A stretch of DNA of 64,000 nucleotides, taken from sequence record MF459647.1; one strand, 5' to 3'. Both the position numbers and the translations under genes were made by a program. Positions within the stretch are counted from its first letter, which is position 1; each line of letters starts with the position of its first letter. Below, piece after piece: positions 1 to 10,057 of this stretch. The notes under the pieces are model-generated. The model saw nothing but the letters and a program-made list of their open reading frames with translations. It searched no databases and was not told the origin of the DNA.

Positions 1-1
1 G

Positions 2-310
2 GTGTATGTGGGTGAATACCGCATCGACACCACTGACCGCGGTAAGTTGATGTTAATGATGGCGGCAAGCCGTGCAGAGTCTCTGCCGGAAGGCACGTTG
101 GTGTCGTGGAAAGTCTCCAATGATTCCTACACCTCGTTCACCCCTGCTCAAATCATTGCATTAAAGAACGAAGTGTGTGACTACATCGGTCAGTGTTTTG
201 AATACGAACGTTTGTTAGCGGACCGCATTATCCGCCAGGATTTTGATGTTGCTGAAATCACCGTTGGGTGGCCAAGTAACGTCATTACTCTGCCTGGGGT
301 AGCGGCGTAA
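2..310 (+). CDS. 5'-truncated tail-fibre-associated protein (DUF4376-like)
   Basis: ORF runs off the window edge. The pattern IDT...WK..ND.Y..FT..QI.AL...V..YI.QCF..E..L resembles DUF4376 proteins, and it sits just upstream of a tail fibre gene. Confidence 0.5.
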   Translation: MYVGEYRIDTTDRGKLMLMMAASRAESLPEGTLVSWKVSNDSYTSFTPAQIIALKNEVCDYIGQCFEYERLLADRIIRQDFDVAEITVGWPSNVITLPGVAA

Positions 311-365
311 TTTGTTGTCCGGTTCTGTTGGGGGAGCCGGACAATTTCTCTTTATTGGTGATGGC

Positions 366-2825
366 ATGAAACCGATCAATGAATTGGATGTATTTGTACC
401 AGAGGTTCCTCTCTTAGAAGAATCGGATTTGGTAAAGGGCGGGGAACAAGGCCCGAGTAATGCTCAAGCACTGGCATTGGCGAGCCGTACCCATTTTCTC
501 AATGAGCGTCGTAAAGAACTCGAAACCGAACTCGACCGCATTGATACCGCACTCAGTGGTTTAGATGCCGATAAAGTCGGGGCTGATGCTAAAGGCACAG
601 CAACCGGTTTGATTGATGCTCACGTAAAAGACGCAGACCCACACATTCAGTATTTAACCGATGCTCGTGGTAAACTGTTGTTTGTGGATAAAACCACCGC
701 CAACAAACCGAACGGGTATCTGCAGTTAGATGCCAACGGGAAACTGCCGGCCGGCGTTGTAACCAGCTTATCGGCACGTTACGTTATTGTGGCTGATGAA
801 ACCGAACGACTGAAGTTAACAATCACGAACGACCTTACCATTGCAGCGCAGCAATCTGACGATACCCTGTACTACTTAAATGCCGGGACTGATCCTTCTG
901 TCAAAGGCAATTGGATTAAAGGTCAATCGGCTACGGTATCGGGCGTCGTATCTTTCTTTGGTCGTACCGGGGTAATTACTGCTGAAAGCGGTGACTATAC
1001 GGCTGACCAGATTAATGAAACGTTAACGCGGTTATTTGTTTCCCCTCAAGAGAAACAGACCTGGAACCAGAAACAGGATAAGCTGGTTTCCGGTACCAAC
1101 ATTAAAACCTTTAAAGGACAGTCTTTGGTTGGGGCGGGCGACCTTTCATTCAACTATGCTGACTTTGGTGCAGCAGCTGAAATACACAAGCATGTGGCTT
1201 CGGATATCACTGACTTTAATGATAAGGTAGACGGGCGTGCTTCTTCTTTATTAAAGGCAGGCCAAAACATACAGCTCGTGGTTGATCCTACAACCAAAGC
1301 CGTTACCATTAATGCGGCACCACCTAATGCGGCTTCATTGTTTGCTTCGGTTGACCGAATGGGTTCGGCTGCAAACCAGATGCACGTGATAAACTTCAAC
1401 CAGGATATAACGTACAACCTGGAAGCGTATGCTTTGAAGTTAGAGAAGGGGTCGACTAACCAGGTGTATACCTTGGAAACGTTTGATCCAACTTCTGCAC
1501 CGTTCTTTAACTCTACCCAATATCTGACCTTTAACGGTGTTTTGGGTGTGGCGTATAACTGGACACCGACGCTGCGTCAAAACAAAACGCGTTATGAAAT
1601 GGAATTCGATCCGAACGTTAATGCTTTATCACTGTTCTCTACAGCCGGTAAAAACATTATCCCGGTGATGGCAGGCAATGGTGGGATTAACGGTTATGTG
1701 CCGTTTGCATCTTCGGAGTACAGTGCGGACTATACAGCATATCGTGCGTTCTCCAACCTCCAGGCTGCTAATGGTGCATCAGACTGTTGGGCATCAGGTA
1801 AAGGCCAAGTTCCGTCTGCTGCTAACCCACAATGGATAGGTATCTCTTTGCCTGCGGGCGTTAAGATAACAGCGTACAGTTTTGTGAACCGTAGTGCAGG
1901 TGCGGTATCCACACCGTCTAAATATAAACTCCAGGGCAGTAACGATAAAACCACCTGGGATGACATTGAAGCGGTACGCTCTAACACTAACGATGCAGCG
2001 GCGTTTGAGTTCTTCCATTCAGCGAGACCTACCAAAGCCTATCAGCATTATCGTCTCTACATTACTGAACGTTATCCTAACAATCCCGACTATGACTTTG
2101 TCGTGGTTTGGCGTTTACGGTTGTATGTAGAGAAACCGGTGGTGTTCCAGGGTGAGACCAGTGATGCTTTATACACACTGGACAGTAATAACGTATTGGT
2201 TCCGTTAACTGACATCTCTGACGCGGGTATTGAAGCACAGGGTATTTCGGTGGCTAAAAATATTCCACCGGCAAACCTGTTGGCTTATCCGTTGAAAAAG
2301 ATTGTGGGACTGGAACCCTCTACCCTGAACGTCAAGCTTGTCCCGATGGAACAGATCGCCATCATGAAAGACCCGTTGGTGACGAAGCCGTTTAGTAAAA
2401 TAAACGCCATGAACTACACCGCGGTCCTGTTGGAAAAGACCCGGTACGCTATCTCCCCTGACGGTGTTACCTTCTATACTTACAACGGCGGTACGTGGAC
2501 GTCATTAGGGGCGTTGAAGAACGACCTGGCGTCAGCGAAGAAATTGGCGGCTCAAGGTATGATGAACGGCTTGGCAACAGGGACTATCATGACCTTGTAC
2601 ACCCAGCTGGGGATTAGATTCACGGCGTTCAGTTTGGCCTACGGGATTTTCCCAACGGTAGCCAACGAAGTTATCTCGGTCGACCAAACGTTGTTGAGTG
2701 TGGATTTCGCGGATACGTGGAAGAAACAAACACCGGCTGAGGTAGAGATTCGTTACAGCTCCGGGAATATCTCCTTTAAAACGGTGGCAGCGGGAGACTA
2801 CAAGCTAGTTTACCAAGTCGCCTAA
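366..2825 (+). CDS. Tail fibre / receptor-binding protein with F5/8 type C (discoidin-like) domain
   Basis: Start moved from TTG 312 to in-frame ATG 366 (GGTG upstream). N-terminus LLEESDLVKGGEQGPSNAQALALASRT and DPHIQYL are typical of phage tail-fibre N-termini. The C-half has ASSEYS...W...WIGISLP...Y...KYKLQGSNDKTTWDDI...YQHYRLYIT (discoidin-like). Confidence 0.75.
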   Translation: MKPINELDVFVPEVPLLEESDLVKGGEQGPSNAQALALASRTHFLNERRKELETELDRIDTALSGLDADKVGADAKGTATGLIDAHVKDADPHIQYLTDARGKLLFVDKTTANKPNGYLQLDANGKLPAGVVTSLSARYVIVADETERLKLTITNDLTIAAQQSDDTLYYLNAGTDPSVKGNWIKGQSATVSGVVSFFGRTGVITAESGDYTADQINETLTRLFVSPQEKQTWNQKQDKLVSGTNIKTFKGQSLVGAGDLSFNYADFGAAAEIHKHVASDITDFNDKVDGRASSLLKAGQNIQLVVDPTTKAVTINAAPPNAASLFASVDRMGSAANQMHVINFNQDITYNLEAYALKLEKGSTNQVYTLETFDPTSAPFFNSTQYLTFNGVLGVAYNWTPTLRQNKTRYEMEFDPNVNALSLFSTAGKNIIPVMAGNGGINGYVPFASSEYSADYTAYRAFSNLQAANGASDCWASGKGQVPSAANPQWIGISLPAGVKITAYSFVNRSAGAVSTPSKYKLQGSNDKTTWDDIEAVRSNTNDAAAFEFFHSARPTKAYQHYRLYITERYPNNPDYDFVVVWRLRLYVEKPVVFQGETSDALYTLDSNNVLVPLTDISDAGIEAQGISVAKNIPPANLLAYPLKKIVGLEPSTLNVKLVPMEQIAIMKDPLVTKPFSKINAMNYTAVLLEKTRYAISPDGVTFYTYNGGTWTSLGALKNDLASAKKLAAQGMMNGLATGTIMTLYTQLGIRFTAFSLAYGIFPTVANEVISVDQTLLSVDFADTWKKQTPAEVEIRYSSGNISFKTVAAGDYKLVYQVA

Positions 2826-2847
2826 TTTTATGGTAGGTTCAATATTG

Positions 2848-2885
2848 CTCAGCCTCCCTTTCGGAGGCTGAGTACTTTCTATTTT
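2848..2885 (+). terminator. Rho-independent terminator
   Basis: CTCAGCCTCC-ctttc-GGAGGCTGAG 10-bp stem followed by a T-rich tract, right after the tail fibre stop codon. Confidence 0.8.
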
Positions 2886-2900
2886 TACAAGGCGATTCGT

Positions 2901-3770
2901 ATGGGCTTAAATCTTCGTTTTATGCCTTACACTGATGGGGATTCTGACGGGGTGGATATTTACCGAGCCACATCCAAGACCGGTGAGCGTCAGCTCATGA
3001 AGAGTCTGGCCGCTGGGATTCATGAGTTTAGCGACCACAGTGTGGAAGCCAATAAAGTGTATTGGTACTGGATACTGAACAAATCTGCTGCCAACGGAGA
3101 CCGACTCAGCCAACCCATGAGTGCACCAACGTTCATTGATTTGGGCCCCGGTCCGAAGAAACTGCTACGTGGGGATTGGGACTTCGGTTACCTGGGGTAT
3201 GTCCCGGTTGCGGATATGTTCACCTATGCTCAAGCACAGAGCGCGGCAGCCATTCAAGCAGCACCGGATGGCGGCACACTGAACGGATTCCATAAGTGTG
3301 TAGTACGGGGACGGATTATTTACTTTGGGGATGTCATTTATTCCCGCACGGTGAACCGGACCACGGTAGGGAATGCCCTGTTAGCGCAGGACAGCAATCC
3401 GTTAACCACAGCACCTCGTCTGGCGGTAAATGATTATGAGTACATCGTACGGTGCCCTTACTCTTCTACTTTATCTACTACTGCGGTTGTGGGTACGGGT
3501 GACGGGTTGGATGGCACCATCAAACTCAGTGAAGTCGGCATGCTGGCGTCGCTTATTCTGGATGCAGATACTGCTGGTAAGCTTAGTGGGAATAAGCTGA
3601 GTGATCTCGCTAATAATGGGATATCAACCTTTTATTTCTCTAATACGTACGCTGCTAACAATGTTGTGAACGTGTTCAGTCTGGTTGCTGATGCGTCTAT
3701 CGGACCTGCCAGTGACATGACAGGGAACCGTCCATTCTGGCCTGTCTTCGAGTTAGTGCTACACGAATAA
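2901..3770 (+). CDS. Tail/baseplate paralogue, short type A (FN3-like N-domain plus conserved core)
   Basis: DLGPGPKKLLRGDWDFGYLGYV linker, KCVVRGRIIYF, LSEVGML and C-terminal FWPVFEL are shared with the other array members. Confidence 0.65.
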   Translation: MGLNLRFMPYTDGDSDGVDIYRATSKTGERQLMKSLAAGIHEFSDHSVEANKVYWYWILNKSAANGDRLSQPMSAPTFIDLGPGPKKLLRGDWDFGYLGYVPVADMFTYAQAQSAAAIQAAPDGGTLNGFHKCVVRGRIIYFGDVIYSRTVNRTTVGNALLAQDSNPLTTAPRLAVNDYEYIVRCPYSSTLSTTAVVGTGDGLDGTIKLSEVGMLASLILDADTAGKLSGNKLSDLANNGISTFYFSNTYAANNVVNVFSLVADASIGPASDMTGNRPFWPVFELVLHE

Positions 3771-3796
3771 GGCTGTTAAACATACAGGTGGATTAA

Positions 3797-5548
3797 ATGA
3801 GTTTACCGAGTCGGCAACTCTTTTTAGACCGTTTTATGGAAGTAAACCGTATACGGTATAAAAACGATCCTGAAGTTTTGGACCGGTTGAACAAGCTCAC
3901 TGTAAAAGACATTGTCTTTGAGGGGCTGACCGAAGACCCAAACCGACCTGGGGGGATGATTTCCAACTTCTCGGTACCTGCCAAAGCCATTGAAGCCTAT
4001 GCGCAACGATGGATTCCGGTAGACATCAAGAGCAAACACATCATCAATCCAGCAAACGTTACCAATGTCCCGACATTGAATGACGTCATTGCTGCGCAAG
4101 CCCGCGGGTTGTTTACCTATCAGGATAATGGGTCAACCAAACTAGCGATCGTTATGGCCTTCCGTCAAGATATCCCTGTGGAGAACTTGGCGAAAGAAGT
4201 TACCAAAACCTTAAACCGCACAACCAGTTACGTCATTAAAGACGGTGACCTGCAAATAAACTTCAACGACTCCACGGATGATTATAGATTATTTGATGTT
4301 CGTAATGAGACCATCAGCGGTGAAGTAGCAGTGATTCGTCTCCCCAGTAACCTGTTAAAAGGAACCTGGTGGTTAGGCTATCTGGGTGAGTGGACACCTG
4401 ATGAAGTTATCCGTCCCAGTATTCTGGCCGAAATGGTTGGGGTGCCGAATGGGATTAACCCAGACGTGGAATGGTTAAAGTTCTCAGTAGAGGGCCGCAT
4501 CATTTATGTTGCCAAACGACCCATTAGCAAAATGGTCAGTTATGGTAGCCTGTCGGGGTTAAACCTGGTAGACGGTAACCGTATTGTTGATATCGATCAT
4601 GAACAGTACAAGATTCGACTGTTAACCGCAGAAGACTCTGACACGTCCGACTGGAACCGGGTGATGTACCGTGTTTCTGAAGATGACCCCACAGGAACTT
4701 TCTGGGAAGAGTTCACCGACCAAGAGTTAGGTATCAATAACTCTGATAACGGTGGGATTACCCTGTCTCGTTCTGAAAGTGGTGGGTCGGTCTACGGTCG
4801 TGGTCGTTACAGCATCACGTCTCTGCAATCTGTTATTAAAACCGCTTCTTCTCCGGCAACGGGCTGGCGTCCTGTTCTGGAACTTATCGGTGTTGACAAT
4901 ATTGAATACGCACCGACAGCACACTTAACCGGCGTGATTCCTGTTGAACCTGAGATGTCAGGCGGAGCATCGGGTGACTTTGTTTATGCCGTAGGTCCTG
5001 TGGCTTCACGCATGACGGAACACACCGACTTTAACGGTTACCGTTATGATGATGTCGTCTTTGCGGTGCAGGGTGTCGAGGTCTATCAGAACCAGTTAGT
5101 GCCGGCAACGGAAATTGTTGACTACAGCTACGTCGCGGTCTTCAACGTTATGTCGGTAGAGGTTAAACCTGACACGGTCGTGAAACCCACGGAAATTACA
5201 GGGTCGAGAATTCAGGACGTTGTAATTGTACCAAATACCGTTAAGTCAACGGTTGACCCTGACTGGCTGGAGTCTGACAATAACACCGCCGTGTCGAACG
5301 GAATCATTTCAGCCGTTGCAAAACGCGGTGTTATCACTTTGTTACCAACTTCGGGTTACGCTAATACCGCTGACTCAAACAGCGTGGTTGGGGCCGTAAC
5401 GAAGAAAGGTAGCTATGTCATTGCCGCTGATTTTGTAATTGAAGAGATTACGTTTAACGGCATCGACAACTGGATTCCAGAAACAGACTACGGCGATCTG
5501 TTTGAAGAAGAAGTGTATAATCCTGACACGACATTTATGTCTTTCTAA
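3797..5548 (+). CDS. Tail/baseplate paralogue, long type B1
   Basis: N-module RQLFLDRF..VNR.RY; core GYLGEW...WLKF...YKIRLL...SDWNRVMY...GWRPVLEL; C-terminal IPETDYGDL. Confidence 0.65.
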   Translation: MSLPSRQLFLDRFMEVNRIRYKNDPEVLDRLNKLTVKDIVFEGLTEDPNRPGGMISNFSVPAKAIEAYAQRWIPVDIKSKHIINPANVTNVPTLNDVIAAQARGLFTYQDNGSTKLAIVMAFRQDIPVENLAKEVTKTLNRTTSYVIKDGDLQINFNDSTDDYRLFDVRNETISGEVAVIRLPSNLLKGTWWLGYLGEWTPDEVIRPSILAEMVGVPNGINPDVEWLKFSVEGRIIYVAKRPISKMVSYGSLSGLNLVDGNRIVDIDHEQYKIRLLTAEDSDTSDWNRVMYRVSEDDPTGTFWEEFTDQELGINNSDNGGITLSRSESGGSVYGRGRYSITSLQSVIKTASSPATGWRPVLELIGVDNIEYAPTAHLTGVIPVEPEMSGGASGDFVYAVGPVASRMTEHTDFNGYRYDDVVFAVQGVEVYQNQLVPATEIVDYSYVAVFNVMSVEVKPDTVVKPTEITGSRIQDVVIVPNTVKSTVDPDWLESDNNTAVSNGIISAVAKRGVITLLPTSGYANTADSNSVVGAVTKKGSYVIAADFVIEEITFNGIDNWIPETDYGDLFEEEVYNPDTTFMSF

Positions 5549-5561
5549 AAGAGAGTAAATC

Positions 5562-6458
5562 ATGGGCATTCGTCTCGAAATTACTAACAAAAACACCGTA
5601 CCGGTAACGATTAACGTTTACCGTGGTGATCAAGAACTGGACCGTGCTAATCTCCCGCCGGCAATTGGTCAGATTGCCAACACCACCGATAACCCGGCTA
5701 TCTTTAATGATAACACGGTGGTGCAAGGCAAAACGTATTTCTACGTGTTTGAAACCGTGGGACCGAAAGATCGTGCCTACACCCGTAACTTCAAAATCCA
5801 GGCGCTGGAAACCCGCGGTCCGGGTGATAACGATCTCAAAATCGGCAACCGCAACCTGGGGTATTACGGCAACCTGTCAGCCGGTGCGATTACTGATGCC
5901 GCGTCTCTGTGCTCTGCGATCGGTTTGACCGGCCACACCGTTAACTCCTTTGCGACCTGGTACAAATTTGCGCGTAAAGGCAAAGTGCTGTTTGTGCCGA
6001 ACGCACACATTGCTCGCGGTGGGATGTCGTTCAACAAACTGAAGACGCTCGGTCTGGTGGACGGCAAAACCATCACCATCGGTGCCTTTAAATATAAAGT
6101 GCGTCTGATGAGCGGTTGGGATGACAGCAAAGCGCTGGATGCGAACATGGTGGTAGGTACTAACTACAGCATGGAAGATTACCTGGACAACTCTTGCGAA
6201 TTCAACGACCTGGTATATCCGCTGGTGAAGTGGACACCTAACGGTCAGCATTTGCCAGGTCTGTTCCAGCAGACAGTTACGGCGGTAACGTCTAACACGC
6301 TGCCGCTGTGCAAGGATAACGACGGTACAAAATTTGTGCGCCGCACTATGGCGGCTGATACCCGTGCCGCTGTTTCCACCATTGCTATCGATAATACACC
6401 AGACGCTGTAAACGCTTCTTACAGCCTGCTGCCGGTTCTGGAACTCATCGAGGGGTAA
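5562..6458 (+). CDS. Tail/baseplate paralogue, type C1
   Basis: Near-collinear with 10058-10948 (VQGKTYFY, ETRGPG, KFARKGKV, CEFNDLVYPL, PVLELIEG). Confidence 0.65.
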   Translation: MGIRLEITNKNTVPVTINVYRGDQELDRANLPPAIGQIANTTDNPAIFNDNTVVQGKTYFYVFETVGPKDRAYTRNFKIQALETRGPGDNDLKIGNRNLGYYGNLSAGAITDAASLCSAIGLTGHTVNSFATWYKFARKGKVLFVPNAHIARGGMSFNKLKTLGLVDGKTITIGAFKYKVRLMSGWDDSKALDANMVVGTNYSMEDYLDNSCEFNDLVYPLVKWTPNGQHLPGLFQQTVTAVTSNTLPLCKDNDGTKFVRRTMAADTRAAVSTIAIDNTPDAVNASYSLLPVLELIEG

Positions 6459-6462
6459 TCTC

Positions 6463-7395
6463 ATGTCATTAGTGGTGCAATGGGAAGATATCCCAGATGC
6501 CGCTGGTTACGAAATCTATCGGTCTAAGACGAAGTTCTCTTTGAGCACGTTGCCGACCGATAAGGTTAGTGTGCCGGCTGGTGCAACGGAATACGAATAC
6601 ACCGACGTGGATCGCCAAACCGTTTACTGGTTTGCTATTCGTACCCTCGACGCTAACGGAGCAGGAACCTTTGGTCAAGTCTTCCCGTTAGGTTATTTCC
6701 CGGACACCGGTCCTGGTCCTTCTACATTGTTACGTGGGGACTGGGCGTTTGGTTTCTTTGGGGAAGTTAGCCCGAGTCTGGTAGGGACATCGGACGAAGT
6801 GTATGCTCAACTGACGCAGACAACGGCGGATAACCCCATCAAGCCTACGGTAAAAGATTTTGTTTACCTGAAATGCATTGTGAACGGGAAGATTGTCTTT
6901 ATTCCTTCGTCTCCGTTTGCAACCTATGCGGTGATGGGAACGACGGCGCATTACATCTCAATAGGTGCAACGGGCGATGCTGGGTTAGATGACAACACCG
7001 CACCGGTTATCAAACTCAAGGGACGGGATTACCGTCACCGCTTACCAAGAGCAAGCAACAGCAAATCCACAGCGGGAACTGTTAATCTGGATGTGGTATC
7101 AGACGATGTGTTAATGTCTGAGGTCGGTATGTTAGCGGCGCTCCTGTTATCGACCGCTGAAACAGACGTGTCGAAGAACCCAGACAACCGTAATGCCGCA
7201 CCGTTGCATTATCGTCTCGGTGACTATACCGATCTTGCCAACGTCATTACGCTTCATCGTTTCGCTAACTACGGTGGCGACAACAACTCGCTGTACAGTT
7301 ACGTTGTTACGCCAAGCACGGGCGCTATTGCAAACAAGGTCTGGTATTACACCGACCCGAAAGCCTACCTGCCGGTATTAGAACTGCTCTTCTAA
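6463..7395 (+). CDS. Tail/baseplate paralogue, type D1
   Basis: FPDTGPGPSTLLRGDWAFGFFGEV, KCIVNGKIVFIP, YRHRLP, LPVLELLF; collinear with 10951-11916. Confidence 0.65.
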   Translation: MSLVVQWEDIPDAAGYEIYRSKTKFSLSTLPTDKVSVPAGATEYEYTDVDRQTVYWFAIRTLDANGAGTFGQVFPLGYFPDTGPGPSTLLRGDWAFGFFGEVSPSLVGTSDEVYAQLTQTTADNPIKPTVKDFVYLKCIVNGKIVFIPSSPFATYAVMGTTAHYISIGATGDAGLDDNTAPVIKLKGRDYRHRLPRASNSKSTAGTVNLDVVSDDVLMSEVGMLAALLLSTAETDVSKNPDNRNAAPLHYRLGDYTDLANVITLHRFANYGGDNNSLYSYVVTPSTGAIANKVWYYTDPKAYLPVLELLF

Positions 7396-7405
7396 GGAGA
7401 ACATA

Positions 7406-8266
7406 ATGGGTGTGAAGATTCAGTGGATTGACCCCAATATCGATCCATTAGATACAGTAGAAATCTGGCGTTCTCCCACAAAAGCCGGTGCGCCGGTTAA
7501 GATTGGGAGTGTGGCTGGCGACGTGCGTGAGTATCAGGACGATACAGCTGAACGAAACAAAGTTAGTTGGTACACACTGACTTCAGTGCGTGGTCAAGGC
7601 AAAGCCATCAGTACACCGTTTCCGGTAGGTAACTATCCTGATACGGGTCCAGGCCCTAAAACCATCATGCGTGGTACGTGGGAGTTTGGTGTGTTCGGTG
7701 AAGTGGATGCTAACCTGCTTCCGGGTTTCAGTGAAATCCAGGAGAAGGTGGGTATCGCTCCGAACAATTCCGTGGTCCGATTCTACAAATGGATTGTTAA
7801 CGGCCGCATCATCTTTATTCCATGGGGACCGTACAGCAGTGCGTTTGGTACTACTATCACTGCTGCCGGTATCATGGTGCCTCAGGGTAAAACGAATGAG
7901 GCGGGTTTGGTGATTGATCGTGAGGGGTACGGCTACAACATTCGTCCTCCTTACGCGACCAACAACTTCACCAGTGAACTAACGACCATTGCTGACGGTG
8001 GGGATGAAACCCTGAAGCTTTCAGAGTTGGCTGCAATTATGACCAGTCTGGTTGGGATGGACACGAAGTTAATGTACGGTGACATGAAGTGGGGTGATAT
8101 TTCTCCTGCTGCAGCGGGCGGTAACTATTACCTGACCAACACCTACATTAACGCCAACAACTCCACCCTGGTAGCAAACATCGCAGCGTCACCGGCGTTA
8201 GTGAGATCAGGTAGTACATCTTCTGCTCGTGGCTTGTGGCCCGTGTACGAACTGCTGTTAACATAA
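7406..8266 (+). CDS. Tail/baseplate paralogue, short type A
   Basis: YPDTGPGPKTIMRGTWEFGVFGEV, KWIVNGRIIFIP, LWPVYELL. Confidence 0.65.
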   Translation: MGVKIQWIDPNIDPLDTVEIWRSPTKAGAPVKIGSVAGDVREYQDDTAERNKVSWYTLTSVRGQGKAISTPFPVGNYPDTGPGPKTIMRGTWEFGVFGEVDANLLPGFSEIQEKVGIAPNNSVVRFYKWIVNGRIIFIPWGPYSSAFGTTITAAGIMVPQGKTNEAGLVIDREGYGYNIRPPYATNNFTSELTTIADGGDETLKLSELAAIMTSLVGMDTKLMYGDMKWGDISPAAAGGNYYLTNTYINANNSTLVANIAASPALVRSGSTSSARGLWPVYELLLT

Positions 8267-8270
8267 TGGG

Positions 8271-8301
8271 GACACCTCCTCCCTTCACTGGGAGGAGGGT
8301 C
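8271..8301 (+). terminator. Hairpin, probable terminator between cassettes
   Basis: CCTCCTCCC-ttcact-GGGAGGAGG stem right after the 8266 stop codon; the U-tract is weak. Confidence 0.55.
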
Positions 8302-8377
8302 TTATATAACTGATGGCAAAATGTTATGTTCCTGATTTCTTTATCCCTTATTATCCGTAAACGGAGAGGTACATGAC

Positions 8378-10042
8378 GTGAGTATAAACAGGCGTCAGCT
8401 CTTCCTGGACAGGTTCCTTGCCTATAACAGGTCGCGCTATAAAGATAACCCTGACGCACTCAAACGACTGGACAGACTCACCTTCGAGGACATGGTTTTC
8501 GATGGCATTGCTATTGATACCAGCAAAGCCGGTGAGCTTCGTCGTCGCGTCGCTAACTTCCATGCCGATGCGCAAATGATGGAAGGTGTTGATCAACGCT
8601 GGACGTGCACCAGTCTGTTGCATCGCAAAGTCATCCCCACTGAAAACTATATCAACAGCACGCCGTTTGCCTCTCTGGAAGATTTTAAGAAAGTTAACCT
8701 GCAAGGTGTGTATCAGTATTTAGATGACGGTGTTCCGGTATTGGGTGTGGTACTTGCTACCGACTCGTCTAAAACCGAAGACGTTACCCCGGAGTTGATT
8801 ACACTCCTGAACACGGTATCTCGTTACCAACTGTTAACCACCGAGCTGTCAATTGAAGCTGCTGACCGTGACCACTTCCCAATGCACTTCACCTACATGG
8901 GTGATACCATTGTGGGTCGCATTACTGTCATCCGTCAAGCTGCAGACCGACCTGCGGTAGGTAACGAAATTCTTGGTTATTACGGTGAGTTCCCGTCCGA
9001 CTACTTAATCTCCAGCGGTGTATTGGCTGAGATGTTAGGGTTGGCTGGTGATAAACTGATTACCGGTGCAGAGACAGTGCCGTGGTTGAAGTTTGCTTAC
9101 TTCGGTAAACTCCTGCATGTGTCAAAGCGTCCTATCAGTAAAAACATGACGTGGACGGCGCTGAACGACATGGGGTTAGTTGACGGCTCCCGTATTATTC
9201 AGTTAGGTAATAAGCGTTATCGGGTACGTTTATTACACGGAGCAGCAAATGACTTCGGTAATGAATGGAACGACCTCATCTATCGCGTTCATTATCAAGA
9301 TCCAACTAATACGTTCTGGGAGCGATTCACAGACGAAGAGATGGGGCTTGGTTGGGATGCAGTTACCAACAAATGGTATCGTGATGGGTCCATTGCCTTT
9401 ACCCAGGATGCAGTCGATGCTACTACGGTGGTAACACGTGGTGGCGGGCAGGATGGTGCGTCACTGACCGTGACCGGTACCGTAGCGAAAACCACGACCA
9501 GCAAGTATTACGGTTGGCGACCGGTGTTGGAATACATTGGAACAAGCGGAATAGATACACCGTACATTGCGGATATCAGTTCTCCACTGTCGTTGGATTT
9601 CTCATCTGAAATCAACACCGACTTTACTGGGGTCTTGCGTCCGTTTGGGTTTGACGTGGAAATGGTGCCGGATGCGAAGATTGTACCTAGCGCTGTTAAC
9701 AACGTTACCCTGTTTGCGGTGAAGTTGGATTCTGCTTCGCTGGTAGGTAGTGCAGAAGCTCCGGTTGTCACCAAAATCGAAAACAACTCGGTGAAATTCC
9801 CACGTGATGTCAGACTGGATAAAATGGTCCCGTTAACGTGTGACATCTATTCACTGGAAGAGCCGGACGATACAGTTAGACTGGCTACGGTCGACATGGG
9901 TGACATCACTCCACGTCAAATTCGACCAACCATTCCATTAGCGGCACAGGACCTCGGTGACATTGCAACCAAACAAGTCAACCCAGATGCTGATGGGAAA
10001 TACAACGGTCTGTTTACCCATAACGGCACGCTACATTATTAA
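8378..10042 (+). CDS. Tail/baseplate paralogue, long type B2
   Basis: GTG start with GGAGAGG RBS; RQLFLDRFLAYNRSRY N-module; core GYYGEF...WLKF...YRVRLL...NEWNDLIY...GWRPVLEY. Confidence 0.65.
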   Translation: MSINRRQLFLDRFLAYNRSRYKDNPDALKRLDRLTFEDMVFDGIAIDTSKAGELRRRVANFHADAQMMEGVDQRWTCTSLLHRKVIPTENYINSTPFASLEDFKKVNLQGVYQYLDDGVPVLGVVLATDSSKTEDVTPELITLLNTVSRYQLLTTELSIEAADRDHFPMHFTYMGDTIVGRITVIRQAADRPAVGNEILGYYGEFPSDYLISSGVLAEMLGLAGDKLITGAETVPWLKFAYFGKLLHVSKRPISKNMTWTALNDMGLVDGSRIIQLGNKRYRVRLLHGAANDFGNEWNDLIYRVHYQDPTNTFWERFTDEEMGLGWDAVTNKWYRDGSIAFTQDAVDATTVVTRGGGQDGASLTVTGTVAKTTTSKYYGWRPVLEYIGTSGIDTPYIADISSPLSLDFSSEINTDFTGVLRPFGFDVEMVPDAKIVPSAVNNVTLFAVKLDSASLVGSAEAPVVTKIENNSVKFPRDVRLDKMVPLTCDIYSLEEPDDTVRLATVDMGDITPRQIRPTIPLAAQDLGDIATKQVNPDADGKYNGLFTHNGTLHY

Positions 10043-10057
10043 TTCATAGGAACAGTC

